This document shows, in pieces, positions 1 through 8,486 of a stretch of DNA of 45,582 nucleotides. The position numbers were made by a program, and so were the translations under genes. A model generated the notes under the pieces. It made no database searches, was not told where the DNA came from, and worked only from the letters and a program-made list of their open reading frames with translations. Location: NCBI GenBank assembly GCA_017882345.1, contig JADGPT010000002.1, positions 1 through 45,582 on the forward strand. The letters run 5' to 3'. Source of the DNA: Bacteroidales bacterium (lineage in GTDB: Bacteria > Bacteroidota > Bacteroidia > Bacteroidales > VadinHA17). The stretch's first letter is position 1, and every line of letters begins with the position of its first letter.

Positions 1-2144
1 AACTTGAAAAAATTCTTCCATCAGATGTTCATGTCTCATTATATTACGACCAGGCCGATTTTGTCAATAAAGCCATAAAGAGTGTAAACGACAGTCTGTG
101 GCTTGGATTACTGCTTGCAATTCTTGTTGCAGTTATGTTTCTAAGGTCCTTCAGGGCAAGTGCAACAGTTCTTGTCACTATTCCGGTAACGCTTTTACTT
201 ACCATTATAGTTTTGTATTGCATTGGCTATACTCTTAATATAATGACTTTTGGAGCAATAGCTGCTGCCATAGGTTTAATTATTGACGATGCAGTTGTGG
301 TTGTTGAACAGATTCACAGGACACACGAAGAATTCCCTGAAAAACCATCCAATCAGCTTGTTCATCAGGCAGTAAAATATCTGATGCCATCAATGGTCGG
401 ATCATCTATCAGCACCATCGTGATATTTGTTCCTTTTATGTTACTCGGAGGAGTCGCAGGTGCCTATTTCAATGTTCTTACAAATACAATGATTATAACC
501 CTGGTTTGTTCCTTCTTTGTTACATGGATAGGGCTACCGGTTATTTATATATGGTTTTCAAATATCAGATCGCTCTTCCCCGAGAAGAAAAAAACTGATA
601 TCAGGACTATCAAAACAAGGAACTGGGTAAGCTTTTTTCTTCGCAGACCTATATTAAGTGTTCTTTTCATTCTTTGTCTGTTATTATCAATTATTTATAT
701 CCTTCCCCGGCTTGAAACAGGTTTTCTTCCTGAAATGGATGAAGGCTCAATTGTCCTCGACTACAAAGCTCCTCCGGGAACATCACTGGAAGAGACTAAC
801 AGGATTCTTGTTGAGGTTGAGAAAATAATTATAAAGATACCTGAGGTCGCAACATATTCAAGAAGAACTGGCGCTCAGATGGGATTTTTTATAACTGAAC
901 CTAACGATGGCGATTACCTGATACAGTTAAAAGATAACAGGAAAAGAAGTACAAATGAGGTTATTGATGATATCAGGAAAAAGATCGAAGCAACTCAACC
1001 TGCACTTCAGATTGATTTCGGGCAAGTGATCGGTGATATTCTTGGCGATTTGATGGCATCAGTCCAACCAATTGAAATAAAGATTTTTGGAAGTGATCAA
1101 AAAACCCTTAATGAATTGGCTAAACAGGTCGCAGGTGAGATCGAAAAAATTAAAGGTGTCGAAGATGTTTTTGATGGTATTATAATTGCAGGCCCTTCAA
1201 TAGAGGTTGTACCTGATCAGCAAAAACTTGCTCAGTTCAAAATTTCTCCTGCCTCATTCCAGTTTCAGATGCAAACTTTGGTTGAGGGTAATATAATCGG
1301 AAGTATCCTTGAGAAAGAGCAGATGACTGCGATAAGGATGATATATCCGAATAGTTCTAAGAACAGTCTTGAAAATATCAAAAATCAGTTTATATTTCTC
1401 CCCGATGGAAAACTTAAACCGGTTGCTACACTCTCAACGATTGGATTAAAAGAAGGAGTAGCTGAAATTAACAGGGATAATCTGAAATCTGTTTCTATTG
1501 TGACAGCCAGGTTGAATAACAAGGATCTGGGCACAGCAATGAAGGAAATTCAAAAGACAATTGATTCCGGAATATTTCTACCCCAGGGTTATAATATTGA
1601 ATATGGTGGAGAATATGCCGATCAGCAGAAATCGTTCAAAGAACTTCTGATGATACTTATATTGTCAAGCCTGCTGGTATTTGCACTAATGCTCTTCCTT
1701 TTCAAAGATTTCAGAGCGGCCTGTTCAATTCTGTTCATCGCTGTTCTTGGAATCTCTGGAAGTCTGATAGCCCTTTACATCACAAATACCCCTTTAAATG
1801 TTGGCAGCTATACAGGATTGATTATGATTGTAGGAATAATAGGGGAGAATGCAATATTTACATTCCAGCAGTTCACAACGAACCGTGAAAAAGGAACAAT
1901 TGATGAATCTCTGGTATACGCAATTTCAACTCGTTTAAGGCCTAAGCTTATGACAGCACTAGGAGCGATAATTGCCTTGATGCCACTGGCAGTCGGGGTA
2001 GGTACCGGAGCACAAATGCATCAACCGCTTGCAATTGCTGTGATAGGTGGTTTCATTATAGCACTTCCGCTTCTACTTATCATCCTGCCAACATTATTAC
2101 ATCTATTATACAAGAGGGAAGATAAGAAGCAGAGTCAGTTATAA
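1..2144 (+). CDS. RND-family efflux transporter permease subunit (AcrB/CzcA-like), 5' end cut by the window edge
   Basis: The frame is open from nt 3 (LEKILPSDVHVSLYYDQADFVNKAIKSVNDSLWLGLLLAILVAV...) into the listed ORF 135..2144. It has the RND TM4-type motif AAIGLIIDDAVVVVEQIH. A hydrophobic helix bundle is followed by a roughly 300 aa soluble loop and a second C-terminal helix bundle. This layout fits the C-terminal two thirds of a roughly 1000 aa RND pump. Confidence 0.85.
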   Translation, partial: LEKILPSDVHVSLYYDQADFVNKAIKSVNDSLWLGLLLAILVAVMFLRSFRASATVLVTIPVTLLLTIIVLYCIGYTLNIMTFGAIAAAIGLIIDDAVVVVEQIHRTHEEFPEKPSNQLVHQAVKYLMPSMVGSSISTIVIFVPFMLLGGVAGAYFNVLTNTMIITLVCSFFVTWIGLPVIYIWFSNIRSLFPEKKKTDIRTIKTRNWVSFFLRRPILSVLFILCLLLSIIYILPRLETGFLPEMDEGSIVLDYKAPPGTSLEETNRILVEVEKIIIKIPEVATYSRRTGAQMGFFITEPNDGDYLIQLKDNRKRSTNEVIDDIRKKIEATQPALQIDFGQVIGDILGDLMASVQPIEIKIFGSDQKTLNELAKQVAGEIEKIKGVEDVFDGIIIAGPSIEVVPDQQKLAQFKISPASFQFQMQTLVEGNIIGSILEKEQMTAIRMIYPNSSKNSLENIKNQFIFLPDGKLKPVATLSTIGLKEGVAEINRDNLKSVSIVTARLNNKDLGTAMKEIQKTIDSGIFLPQGYNIEYGGEYADQQKSFKELLMILILSSLLVFALMLFLFKDFRAACSILFIAVLGISGSLIALYITNTPLNVGSYTGLIMIVGIIGENAIFTFQQFTTNREKGTIDESLVYAISTRLRPKLMTALGAIIALMPLAVGVGTGAQMHQPLAIAVIGGFIIALPLLLIILPTLLHLLYKREDKKQSQL

Positions 2145-2164
2145 AAAAATTAAGAAATCATAGG

Positions 2165-2172
2165 TATCTTTG
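2165..2172 (+). promoter_or_regulatory. Bacteroidota-type -7 promoter box (TAnnTTTG) upstream of the NagD-like gene
   Basis: TATCTTTG at 2165..2172 matches the TAnnTTTG consensus. It lies 18 nt upstream of the ATG at 2191 and covers the alternative TTG start at 2170. Confidence 0.4.
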
Positions 2173-2190
2173 CTTGTTAATAAACAAAAT

Positions 2191-2976
2191 ATGGAAAACG
2201 TTTTGGAGAATATAAAAGGTAAAGAAGGATTCATTATAGATATGGATGGTGTTATTTACCATGGGAATAAACTCCTCCCCGGGGTAACTGATTTTTTAGC
2301 ATGGCTGGAAGAATCCGGGAAAAAATACTTATTCCTTACTAACTCAAGTGAAAGAACGCCAAAAGAGCTCCACGAAAAGATGAAGAGACTGGGGATTAAC
2401 GTCGGTGAAGAACATTTTTATACGAGTGCGCTTGCTACTGCCAGCTTCCTTTCAAATCAGAAACCCAATGGGAGCGCATATATTATAGGTGATGCTGGAC
2501 TCATTCACGCTTTATATAGTGTCGGATATAGTGTAAATAATGTAAATCCCGACTATGTGGTTGTTGGTGACACACACAGCTATAATTTTGAAAAAGTTGA
2601 ACTGGCTGTAAATCTCGTTATCAGAGGAGCAAAACTGATCGGCACCAATCCCGACATAAGCGGGCCAGTCGAAGTAGGTATCACTCCATCAACAAAAGCA
2701 CTTATTGCACCAATTGAAATTGCTGCAGGGAAAAAAGCCTATTTTGTCGGAAAACCAAACCCTCTTATGATGCGTAGCGCTCTTAAACGGCTTGGGGTAA
2801 AGAGAGAAGAAGCTATAGTGATTGGCGACAGGATGGATACGGATGTAAGGTGCGGCCTCGAATCAGAAATTGATACCCTGCTCGTCTTAAGCGGCATCAC
2901 AGACAGGAATGGTATTGATCAGTTCCCATACCGTCCCCGATATATTCTTAATGGTATAATAGACTTGGTAAGTTAA
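2191..2976 (+). CDS. HAD-superfamily subfamily IIA sugar phosphatase (NagD-like)
   Basis: HAD motifs are present in order: DMDGVIYHG (I), FLTNSS (II), GKPNPLM and GDRMDTD (III/IV). I prefer the ATG at 2191 (MENVLENIKGK...) to the track's TTG at 2170, because a -7 box overlaps 2170. Confidence 0.8.
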   Translation: MENVLENIKGKEGFIIDMDGVIYHGNKLLPGVTDFLAWLEESGKKYLFLTNSSERTPKELHEKMKRLGINVGEEHFYTSALATASFLSNQKPNGSAYIIGDAGLIHALYSVGYSVNNVNPDYVVVGDTHSYNFEKVELAVNLVIRGAKLIGTNPDISGPVEVGITPSTKALIAPIEIAAGKKAYFVGKPNPLMMRSALKRLGVKREEAIVIGDRMDTDVRCGLESEIDTLLVLSGITDRNGIDQFPYRPRYILNGIIDLVS

Positions 2977-3076
2977 TTTATCTCAAGAACATTACAATGA
3001 CGCTTATTGCTGAAATGACCAAAAAGGAAAGCCCTCTCAGTAAATCCAGGATCCTGGAAATAGAAAAACTGTTCCG

Positions 3077-3721
3077 ATGATAAAAGGAGTGCTCTTTGAT
3101 ATGGATGGCGTACTTGTAGATTCTGAACCCTACATATGCAAAGCTGCAATAAGAATGTTCGAAGAACTTGGTATGAAGGTACTACCTGAAGATTTTATCC
3201 CTTTCGTAGGAATGGGTGAGAACAGGTATATTGGTGGAGTAGCTGAAAAGCATGGGGTAAAGGTTGATATTGAAAAGGTAAAAGCCAGAACATACGAAAT
3301 ATACGAAACAATAGTCAGGGACAAATTATCACCTCTTCCGGGCACTCATGAGTTCATAGCAGAATGTCGTAAAAGAGGGCTAAAGCTGGCCCTTGTTACC
3401 AGTGCCGACAGAGTGAAGATGGAAGTTAATCTGAAAGAGATTGGATTATCATGGGATACATTTAATTCGATCATTACCGGACTTGATGTTTTGAATAAAA
3501 AACCATTTCCGGATATTTACATTAAAGCAGCCCAAAATATTGGTCTCAATCCGTGGGAATGCCTCGTGGTAGAAGACGCTGTAAGTGGTATAAAAGCCGG
3601 TAAAGCAGCCGGATGCAGATGCCTGGCTGTTGAAACATCTTTTGATGCCTCAGCTCTTTATGAAGCAGACTGGATATGTGAGTCGTTGCTGAAGGTTCCG
3701 GAAGAGGTGCTTAATTGGTAA
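3077..3721 (+). CDS. HAD-superfamily subfamily IA phosphatase (beta-phosphoglucomutase / sugar-phosphatase-like)
   Basis: Motifs FDMDGVLVDSE (I), LVTSA (II), KKPFPDIY and VEDAVSGIKAGKAAG (III/IV). The 214 aa length is typical for this subfamily. Confidence 0.8.
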   Translation: MIKGVLFDMDGVLVDSEPYICKAAIRMFEELGMKVLPEDFIPFVGMGENRYIGGVAEKHGVKVDIEKVKARTYEIYETIVRDKLSPLPGTHEFIAECRKRGLKLALVTSADRVKMEVNLKEIGLSWDTFNSIITGLDVLNKKPFPDIYIKAAQNIGLNPWECLVVEDAVSGIKAGKAAGCRCLAVETSFDASALYEADWICESLLKVPEEVLNW

Positions 3722-3793
3722 AAAGTTGATTGATATACAATACCTGATAGTCTGTTTTTTAAACATCTGATAACATGTCGTGGGTTTTATAAT

Positions 3794-4348
3794 TCATTTA
3801 TTTATTTTAGAAACTGAAAAAGGAAAATCAACTTCTTTTGTTCCACGTGTTGTATTGGCCTTGTCGCCCATTACAAATTTGATACCTCCTCCATTCACAA
3901 TATCTCCATATCTTATGAAATTTTGTGTGTAAGACACTCCATTCAAATTGGCAGATTGAATATAAACGTTTTCCTTTGAATTGTTTTCTGCCTCAATTAC
4001 AAACTTCTTACCATTTTCAAGAGTTAATGTTGCCTTCTTAAATACCGGGCTTCCCATAGCGTACTCATCAGTTCCGGGACAAACACTATAAAAACCTAAT
4101 GCACTTAGTACATACCATGAGGAAGTCTGTCCCTGGTCTTCATCGCCAGGATAACCATTTTCGGTTGAATTGTATAGCTTTTCCATAACTGTACGTGCCC
4201 ACTTCTGGGTTTTCCAGGGGGCACCTGCATAATCGTACAAGTATAACATATGCTGAATAGGCTGATTGCCATGAGCATACTGGCCCATATTAGCCATTTC
4301 CATTTCAGTCATCTCATGTATTTTTTGTCGATATGTACCAACGTGCAC
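3794..4348 (-). pseudogene. 3' remnant of a GH92 alpha-mannosidase gene (only about the C-terminal 184 codons)
   Basis: The translation matches the C-terminal region of GH92 enzymes: YAHGNQPIQHMLYLYDYAGAPWKTQ...YPGDEDQGQTSSWYVLSALGFY...GSPVFKKATLTLENGKKFVIEAENNS...YIQSANLNG. Full-length GH92 enzymes are roughly 750 aa. The frame closes at a TAA 18 nt upstream of the GTG at 4348. The 164 nt up to the GH2 stop is AT-rich and non-coding. Confidence 0.65.
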
Positions 4349-4512
4349 GGTATTAGGTAAGTTTCTTTAAATAAATGATTTCCTGAATAATATCTAAAAC
4401 CAAATGAAACAATTTATTATTTGATGGTAGTAATGACTAACTTCTTACCTTTTTAAAAGTTTACCGAATTATTGAAATAATATCACAGTCTTCAGAAGTC
4501 GCTTAAAGCAAC

Positions 4513-6822
4513 TTACTTAATTACTGCCTTTGAGATTCCAATATCAAAAAACTGATTAGCAGGAGGAGGGACAACAGCAGGATTAGCTTGCTGACCACCT
4601 GGCCTGTTACCTTGCCTTCTGTAATAAAAGCGTACTGCAATAATATTATTCTCGTTTGACTTTAAAGTTTTGCTTACATCGCCGTTAAATAGCATTATTG
4701 AATAATCTCCTGTAGTATTTCTCTGGTTCCGGCTTCCGGCAAGAATACCATTTACGAATACATCAATGCCATTAGTGTGACTTGCATATAAAACCAGGTT
4801 GTTAAGGTCCTCAGCTGTAAGAGTTCCCGGATTAAATACCTGGCGTATCCATACTTCCGGAGAAGCCCAGTTTGTGTTGACTTTTGCATTTGGAGCTGCT
4901 GTGCCAAACATTGCCTGACCCGTCAACCACGTTGAATCATTAAAGTTCATCGTATTCCATTCTGCGGCTGGTCTTACGGTTGTATATTTCCATTTCTGTG
5001 CCACAGGAAGAACATCAACAAGAGAAACAGTTGCGTTACCGGTAAGCTTATCGTTAATGGCTTTTAATTTTGCGGGATCAACCTTCAGTAACCGATCATA
5101 GGTCAGCCAGCCATTAACTTCAGTCTCTACATCAGAGGTTTCGGTATATACTGCTGCACTTAAACCCTTTTCATTTTTCATGCTTATTAATTCTGTAACG
5201 AGAACGCTATAGGTGTTTACCAATCCATCAATGGTTTTAATATCCAGATAACCATGTGAATGAGGAGCATCATATTCATGGCCAGGATACCGGTATGTAA
5301 GGCCCCCAAATTCTCCGCACACCAATGCCTGATTTGGAACAGTAGGAACCGGAGCAGATGGCTCAGGATAACTATGAACATCTAACAGGTCGCCAACACC
5401 TACGTTGGTACCTCCACTTGCCTGGTTTACCAGACGTGACTGATCAAGTTCTTTAGCCAATTTTACCAGCTCAGGCGTATTATGCTGTCCCTGTGATTCG
5501 TTAAATACAACCCACATAATAATTGAAGGAAAGCTCCAATGTGACTGGATCATTCGGGTAAATTCAAGTTTGTATGCCAAAGTATCAATTGGGGGTCGTG
5601 TAAAACCTCTGCTCGTGTAAGAATTAGCAGATGGCATATCCTGCCAAACCATAATCCCAAGTTTATCACACCAGTAGTACCATCTGTCAGGCTCTACTTT
5701 AATGTGCTTCCTGATGAAGTTAAACCCATGGGCCTTCATTTGTGCTATGTCAAATTTAAGAGCTTCATCAGTTGGGGCGGTATAAATTCCATCAGGCCAG
5801 AATCCCTGATCCAATGGACCTATCTGGAAAAGGAATTTATCATTTAAAAATATTTTATTAAACCCACCTTCCATACCAAGGGAAACTTTTCTCATTCCAA
5901 AATAACTGCTTACATTATCCAGAGTTTTACCATCTTTCTTAAGTGTAACAGTAAGATCGTACAGGAAAGGACTGTCAGGAGACCAGAGTTTTGCATTCGC
6001 AATAGGAATATACAACTCGGCACCAACAGCTCCGCTAATTGTTCCAACAGTTTTGGAACCATCTTTTGCAGTTGCAGAGACAGTAACGCCACTTTCAGCT
6101 GATAGAGTGCTTACAGTAATTTTTAAACGCTTGCCGTCAACATCCGGTATCAGCTTAAGATTGCTTATACTTGCTTTTTCGACCGGCTCGAGCCAGACGG
6201 TTCTCCAAATCCCTGTGGTAGGAGTATACATTATGCCATATCGTTGGTCTGCAATTGTTTGTTTACCTCTTGGCGCACCAAAAAGATCTGTAGGATCATA
6301 AACCCTGACAATAACCTCCTGGCTGCCCGTGGCATTCAGGAAAGGAGTAATATCGTAACTAAAGCCATCATAGCCGCCTTTATGAACTCCAACGCTTTTT
6401 CCATTAATGTACACTTCGGATTCCCAATCTACAGCACCGAAGTTCAGCATGACCTGTTTGTTTTTCCACGATGGAGATACAGTAAACGTACGGCGGTACC
6501 ATACCCTATCAAAATGTTGCATGACACCCGAAAGAGGCGCCTCAACAGGATAGGGAACAAGAATAACTCCCGACAAATCCTTGCCGAAAGGAGCATTATC
6601 TTCCAGTTTTCCGCTCTGAAACTGCCATACCCCATTCAAATTGACCCAATCTTTTCTGACCATCTGAGGTCTTGGATATTCCGGAAGAGCATTCGTTGGA
6701 CTAACTTTACTAGCCCATTGTGACATCATCACAGCTTTTTTAGGAGCCCAGGTCTGTGCATTTGTTAAAAAAGGAATGCATGCAAATAATGCAACATAAA
6801 TTAATATTGAGTACTTTTTCAT
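4513..6822 (-). CDS. Secreted glycoside hydrolase family 2 enzyme with an extra C-terminal galactose-binding-like domain
   Basis: Signal peptide MKKYSILIYVALFACIPFLTNA|QT. GH2 N-terminal sugar-binding region (RVWYRRTF...LNFGAVDWESEVYINGKSVGVHKGGYDGFSYDITPFL). Acid/base motif WVVFNESQG and a nucleophile-like LVCGEFGG. The C-terminal roughly 170 aa (WKYTTVRPAAEWNTMNFNDSTWLTGQAMFG...) forms a jelly-roll-like extra domain. Confidence 0.85.
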   Translation of the reverse strand: MKKYSILIYVALFACIPFLTNAQTWAPKKAVMMSQWASKVSPTNALPEYPRPQMVRKDWVNLNGVWQFQSGKLEDNAPFGKDLSGVILVPYPVEAPLSGVMQHFDRVWYRRTFTVSPSWKNKQVMLNFGAVDWESEVYINGKSVGVHKGGYDGFSYDITPFLNATGSQEVIVRVYDPTDLFGAPRGKQTIADQRYGIMYTPTTGIWRTVWLEPVEKASISNLKLIPDVDGKRLKITVSTLSAESGVTVSATAKDGSKTVGTISGAVGAELYIPIANAKLWSPDSPFLYDLTVTLKKDGKTLDNVSSYFGMRKVSLGMEGGFNKIFLNDKFLFQIGPLDQGFWPDGIYTAPTDEALKFDIAQMKAHGFNFIRKHIKVEPDRWYYWCDKLGIMVWQDMPSANSYTSRGFTRPPIDTLAYKLEFTRMIQSHWSFPSIIMWVVFNESQGQHNTPELVKLAKELDQSRLVNQASGGTNVGVGDLLDVHSYPEPSAPVPTVPNQALVCGEFGGLTYRYPGHEYDAPHSHGYLDIKTIDGLVNTYSVLVTELISMKNEKGLSAAVYTETSDVETEVNGWLTYDRLLKVDPAKLKAINDKLTGNATVSLVDVLPVAQKWKYTTVRPAAEWNTMNFNDSTWLTGQAMFGTAAPNAKVNTNWASPEVWIRQVFNPGTLTAEDLNNLVLYASHTNGIDVFVNGILAGSRNQRNTTGDYSIMLFNGDVSKTLKSNENNIIAVRFYYRRQGNRPGGQQANPAVVPPPANQFFDIGISKAVIK

Positions 6823-7229
6823 TTCTTAAGGCTATTAAAGATTATAGTTTAGAGTTCATTGAATCATAATTTTCACCTTTCAATATTTACTTTGCTAAAA
6901 TAAAAATTTATCCGACAATCCGCAAGTTTTTATCCTGGATCGCTGTTCTATCATAATTGTTCCGTAAATAGAAAATTTATTGTGCATAATGCCCACTATA
7001 TCAATTTTGTACCATAGAGTATCGGTTATTGGACAAGGGAATGAGCTTGAAGAATCAAGAAAAGGTGGTAACTTTAGCACCGAAAGGTAAATAACTATAT
7101 TTATATTTAATTGATTTACTTAAAGATGGGGAATACAGGACACTCTGAGAATAAGACGCTAAAGTGTTTATAACAGCTTTTTGTGAAATTTCGGAACAAA
7201 GCAAATCTTAAACCTAAAACAAAAATATT

Positions 7230-8486
7230 GTGGCTAGAATAAAGAATTTTCTTACGATTTTTCCCGACTATGAAAAACTAAAAAAAGAGATGAAGGGAAT
7301 CTCTTATCCGGAGTATAGGGAAGCAAACGGACACATTCATACCCCTTATTCATTCAGTGCATTTGTTGCTCTCGATTCGGCCTTTAAAATGGCTGTCGAA
7401 GAAAACATAGCTGTACTGGGCATAAATGATTTTTACGTAACTGATGGTTATAATGCTTTCCACGAAGGATGCATGATAAATAAGATATTTCCCCTGTTCA
7501 ATATTGAGTTTATAGGGCTTCTGAAAGAAGAGCAGAAAAAAGGGATCAGGATAAATGATCCGAATAATCCGGGCAGAATTTATTTCAGCGGGAAGGGTCT
7601 GGATTTTCCGTTTCAGGTTGGCTGGATGCAGCGAAGACAGCTCAAAAAGATAAAAAGGGAGAGCCAGGTTCAGATAAAAGCAATGATTACAAAACTGAAC
7701 CATCTTATTGAAAAGGAAAGCCCGGCTCTTAAGCTTTCTTATGCGACAATAAAAAAAGAGTATGCTCATGAACTGGTACGCGAGCGTCACTTGGCAAAGG
7801 CCTTAAGAGAGCTTGCTCTCACAGTATCTCATTCAGAAGAGGAACAACTTGGTTTTCTTGAAAATCTATATGGAGGTAAAAAATCAAAAATCGGTCTGGC
7901 AAACCCTGCTGCGCTTGAAAATGAAATAAGGTCCAATCTCCTGAAAAGTGGAGGGGCTGCTTTTGTTGAAGAGGATGAAAATTCCTTCCTCGAACTCAGA
8001 AAAATAATTAAAATCATCGTCAGGGCCGGAGGAATCCCCTGTTATCCGGTACTACTTGATGATCCTTCAGGGAAATGCACTGAATTTGAATCTGATCCTG
8101 AAAAATTGTATAATTCACTCAAGCATCTTGGTATTGAATGTATTGAACTTATTCCCGGAAGAAACGATTTGACTATTATGAAAAATTTTGTTGAATTTTT
8201 TCATAATAAAGGCTTTATTATAACATTTGGGACTGAACATAATACCCCTGAGATGTTGCCCCTGACGGTAACTGCCAGAGGCTCAAAACCTCTCGATGAA
8301 TCGTTAAAAAAGATAGCATGGGAAGGGGCTTGTGTTATAGCTGCTCATCAGTATCTGAGAGCCGACGGCAGACAAGGGTATATATTACCAGATGGAACTC
8401 ACAGCATTAAACAAATGAGAGATTTGATAAATCTTGGACAATTAGTTATTGAATATTTCTTAACCAAGTATGAAAATGAAGCCTGA
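7230..8486 (+). CDS. PHP-domain metal-dependent phosphoesterase (TrpH/YciV-like layout)
   Basis: PHP-type motifs occur in TrpH-like order: GHIHTPYSFSAF, VLGINDFY, ERHLAKAL, AGGIPCYPVLLD, GIECIELIPG, FGTEHNTP. The track start at 7230 is GTG. An in-frame ATG at 7290 (MKGISYPEYREANGHIHT) is an equally plausible start. The stop overlaps the next gene by 17 nt. Confidence 0.55.
   Translation: MARIKNFLTIFPDYEKLKKEMKGISYPEYREANGHIHTPYSFSAFVALDSAFKMAVEENIAVLGINDFYVTDGYNAFHEGCMINKIFPLFNIEFIGLLKEEQKKGIRINDPNNPGRIYFSGKGLDFPFQVGWMQRRQLKKIKRESQVQIKAMITKLNHLIEKESPALKLSYATIKKEYAHELVRERHLAKALRELALTVSHSEEEQLGFLENLYGGKKSKIGLANPAALENEIRSNLLKSGGAAFVEEDENSFLELRKIIKIIVRAGGIPCYPVLLDDPSGKCTEFESDPEKLYNSLKHLGIECIELIPGRNDLTIMKNFVEFFHNKGFIITFGTEHNTPEMLPLTVTARGSKPLDESLKKIAWEGACVIAAHQYLRADGRQGYILPDGTHSIKQMRDLINLGQLVIEYFLTKYENEA

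Noticed and set aside
3130-3345. A 71 aa minus-strand ORF inside the HAD-IA phosphatase gene
   Set aside because: It is a shadow ORF opposite a gene that has all four HAD motifs.
6244-6723. A 159 aa plus-strand ORF, plus 6053..6301, 5910..6092 and 6444..6635, all inside the GH2 gene
   Set aside because: They lie antisense or out of frame within a 769 aa gene that has clear GH2 motifs. The translations are low-complexity with no recognisable domain. They are typical shadow ORFs.
6895-7080. A 61 aa minus-strand ORF in the 407-nt spacer between GH2 and the PHP gene
   Set aside because: It has no promoter box and no recognisable motif, and its composition is non-coding-like. It is most likely a chance ORF in a promoter region.
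7120-7170. A CTGAGA box (7145-7150) within a small ACACT/AGTGT hairpin, reminiscent of a TPP riboswitch core
   Set aside because: The rest of the TPP aptamer is absent, including the pyrophosphate-sensing helix with the ACCTGATCTGGATAATGCCAGCG-like segment. The downstream gene is not thiamine-related.
7350-7790. A 146 aa minus-strand ORF inside the PHP gene. Similar antisense ORFs occur at 9331..9609, 9588..9953, 10586..10972, 11078..11398, 14225..14614 and 15679..16020
   Set aside because: Each is fully embedded opposite a longer ORF with strong family motifs. None shows start-site context or domain signatures.
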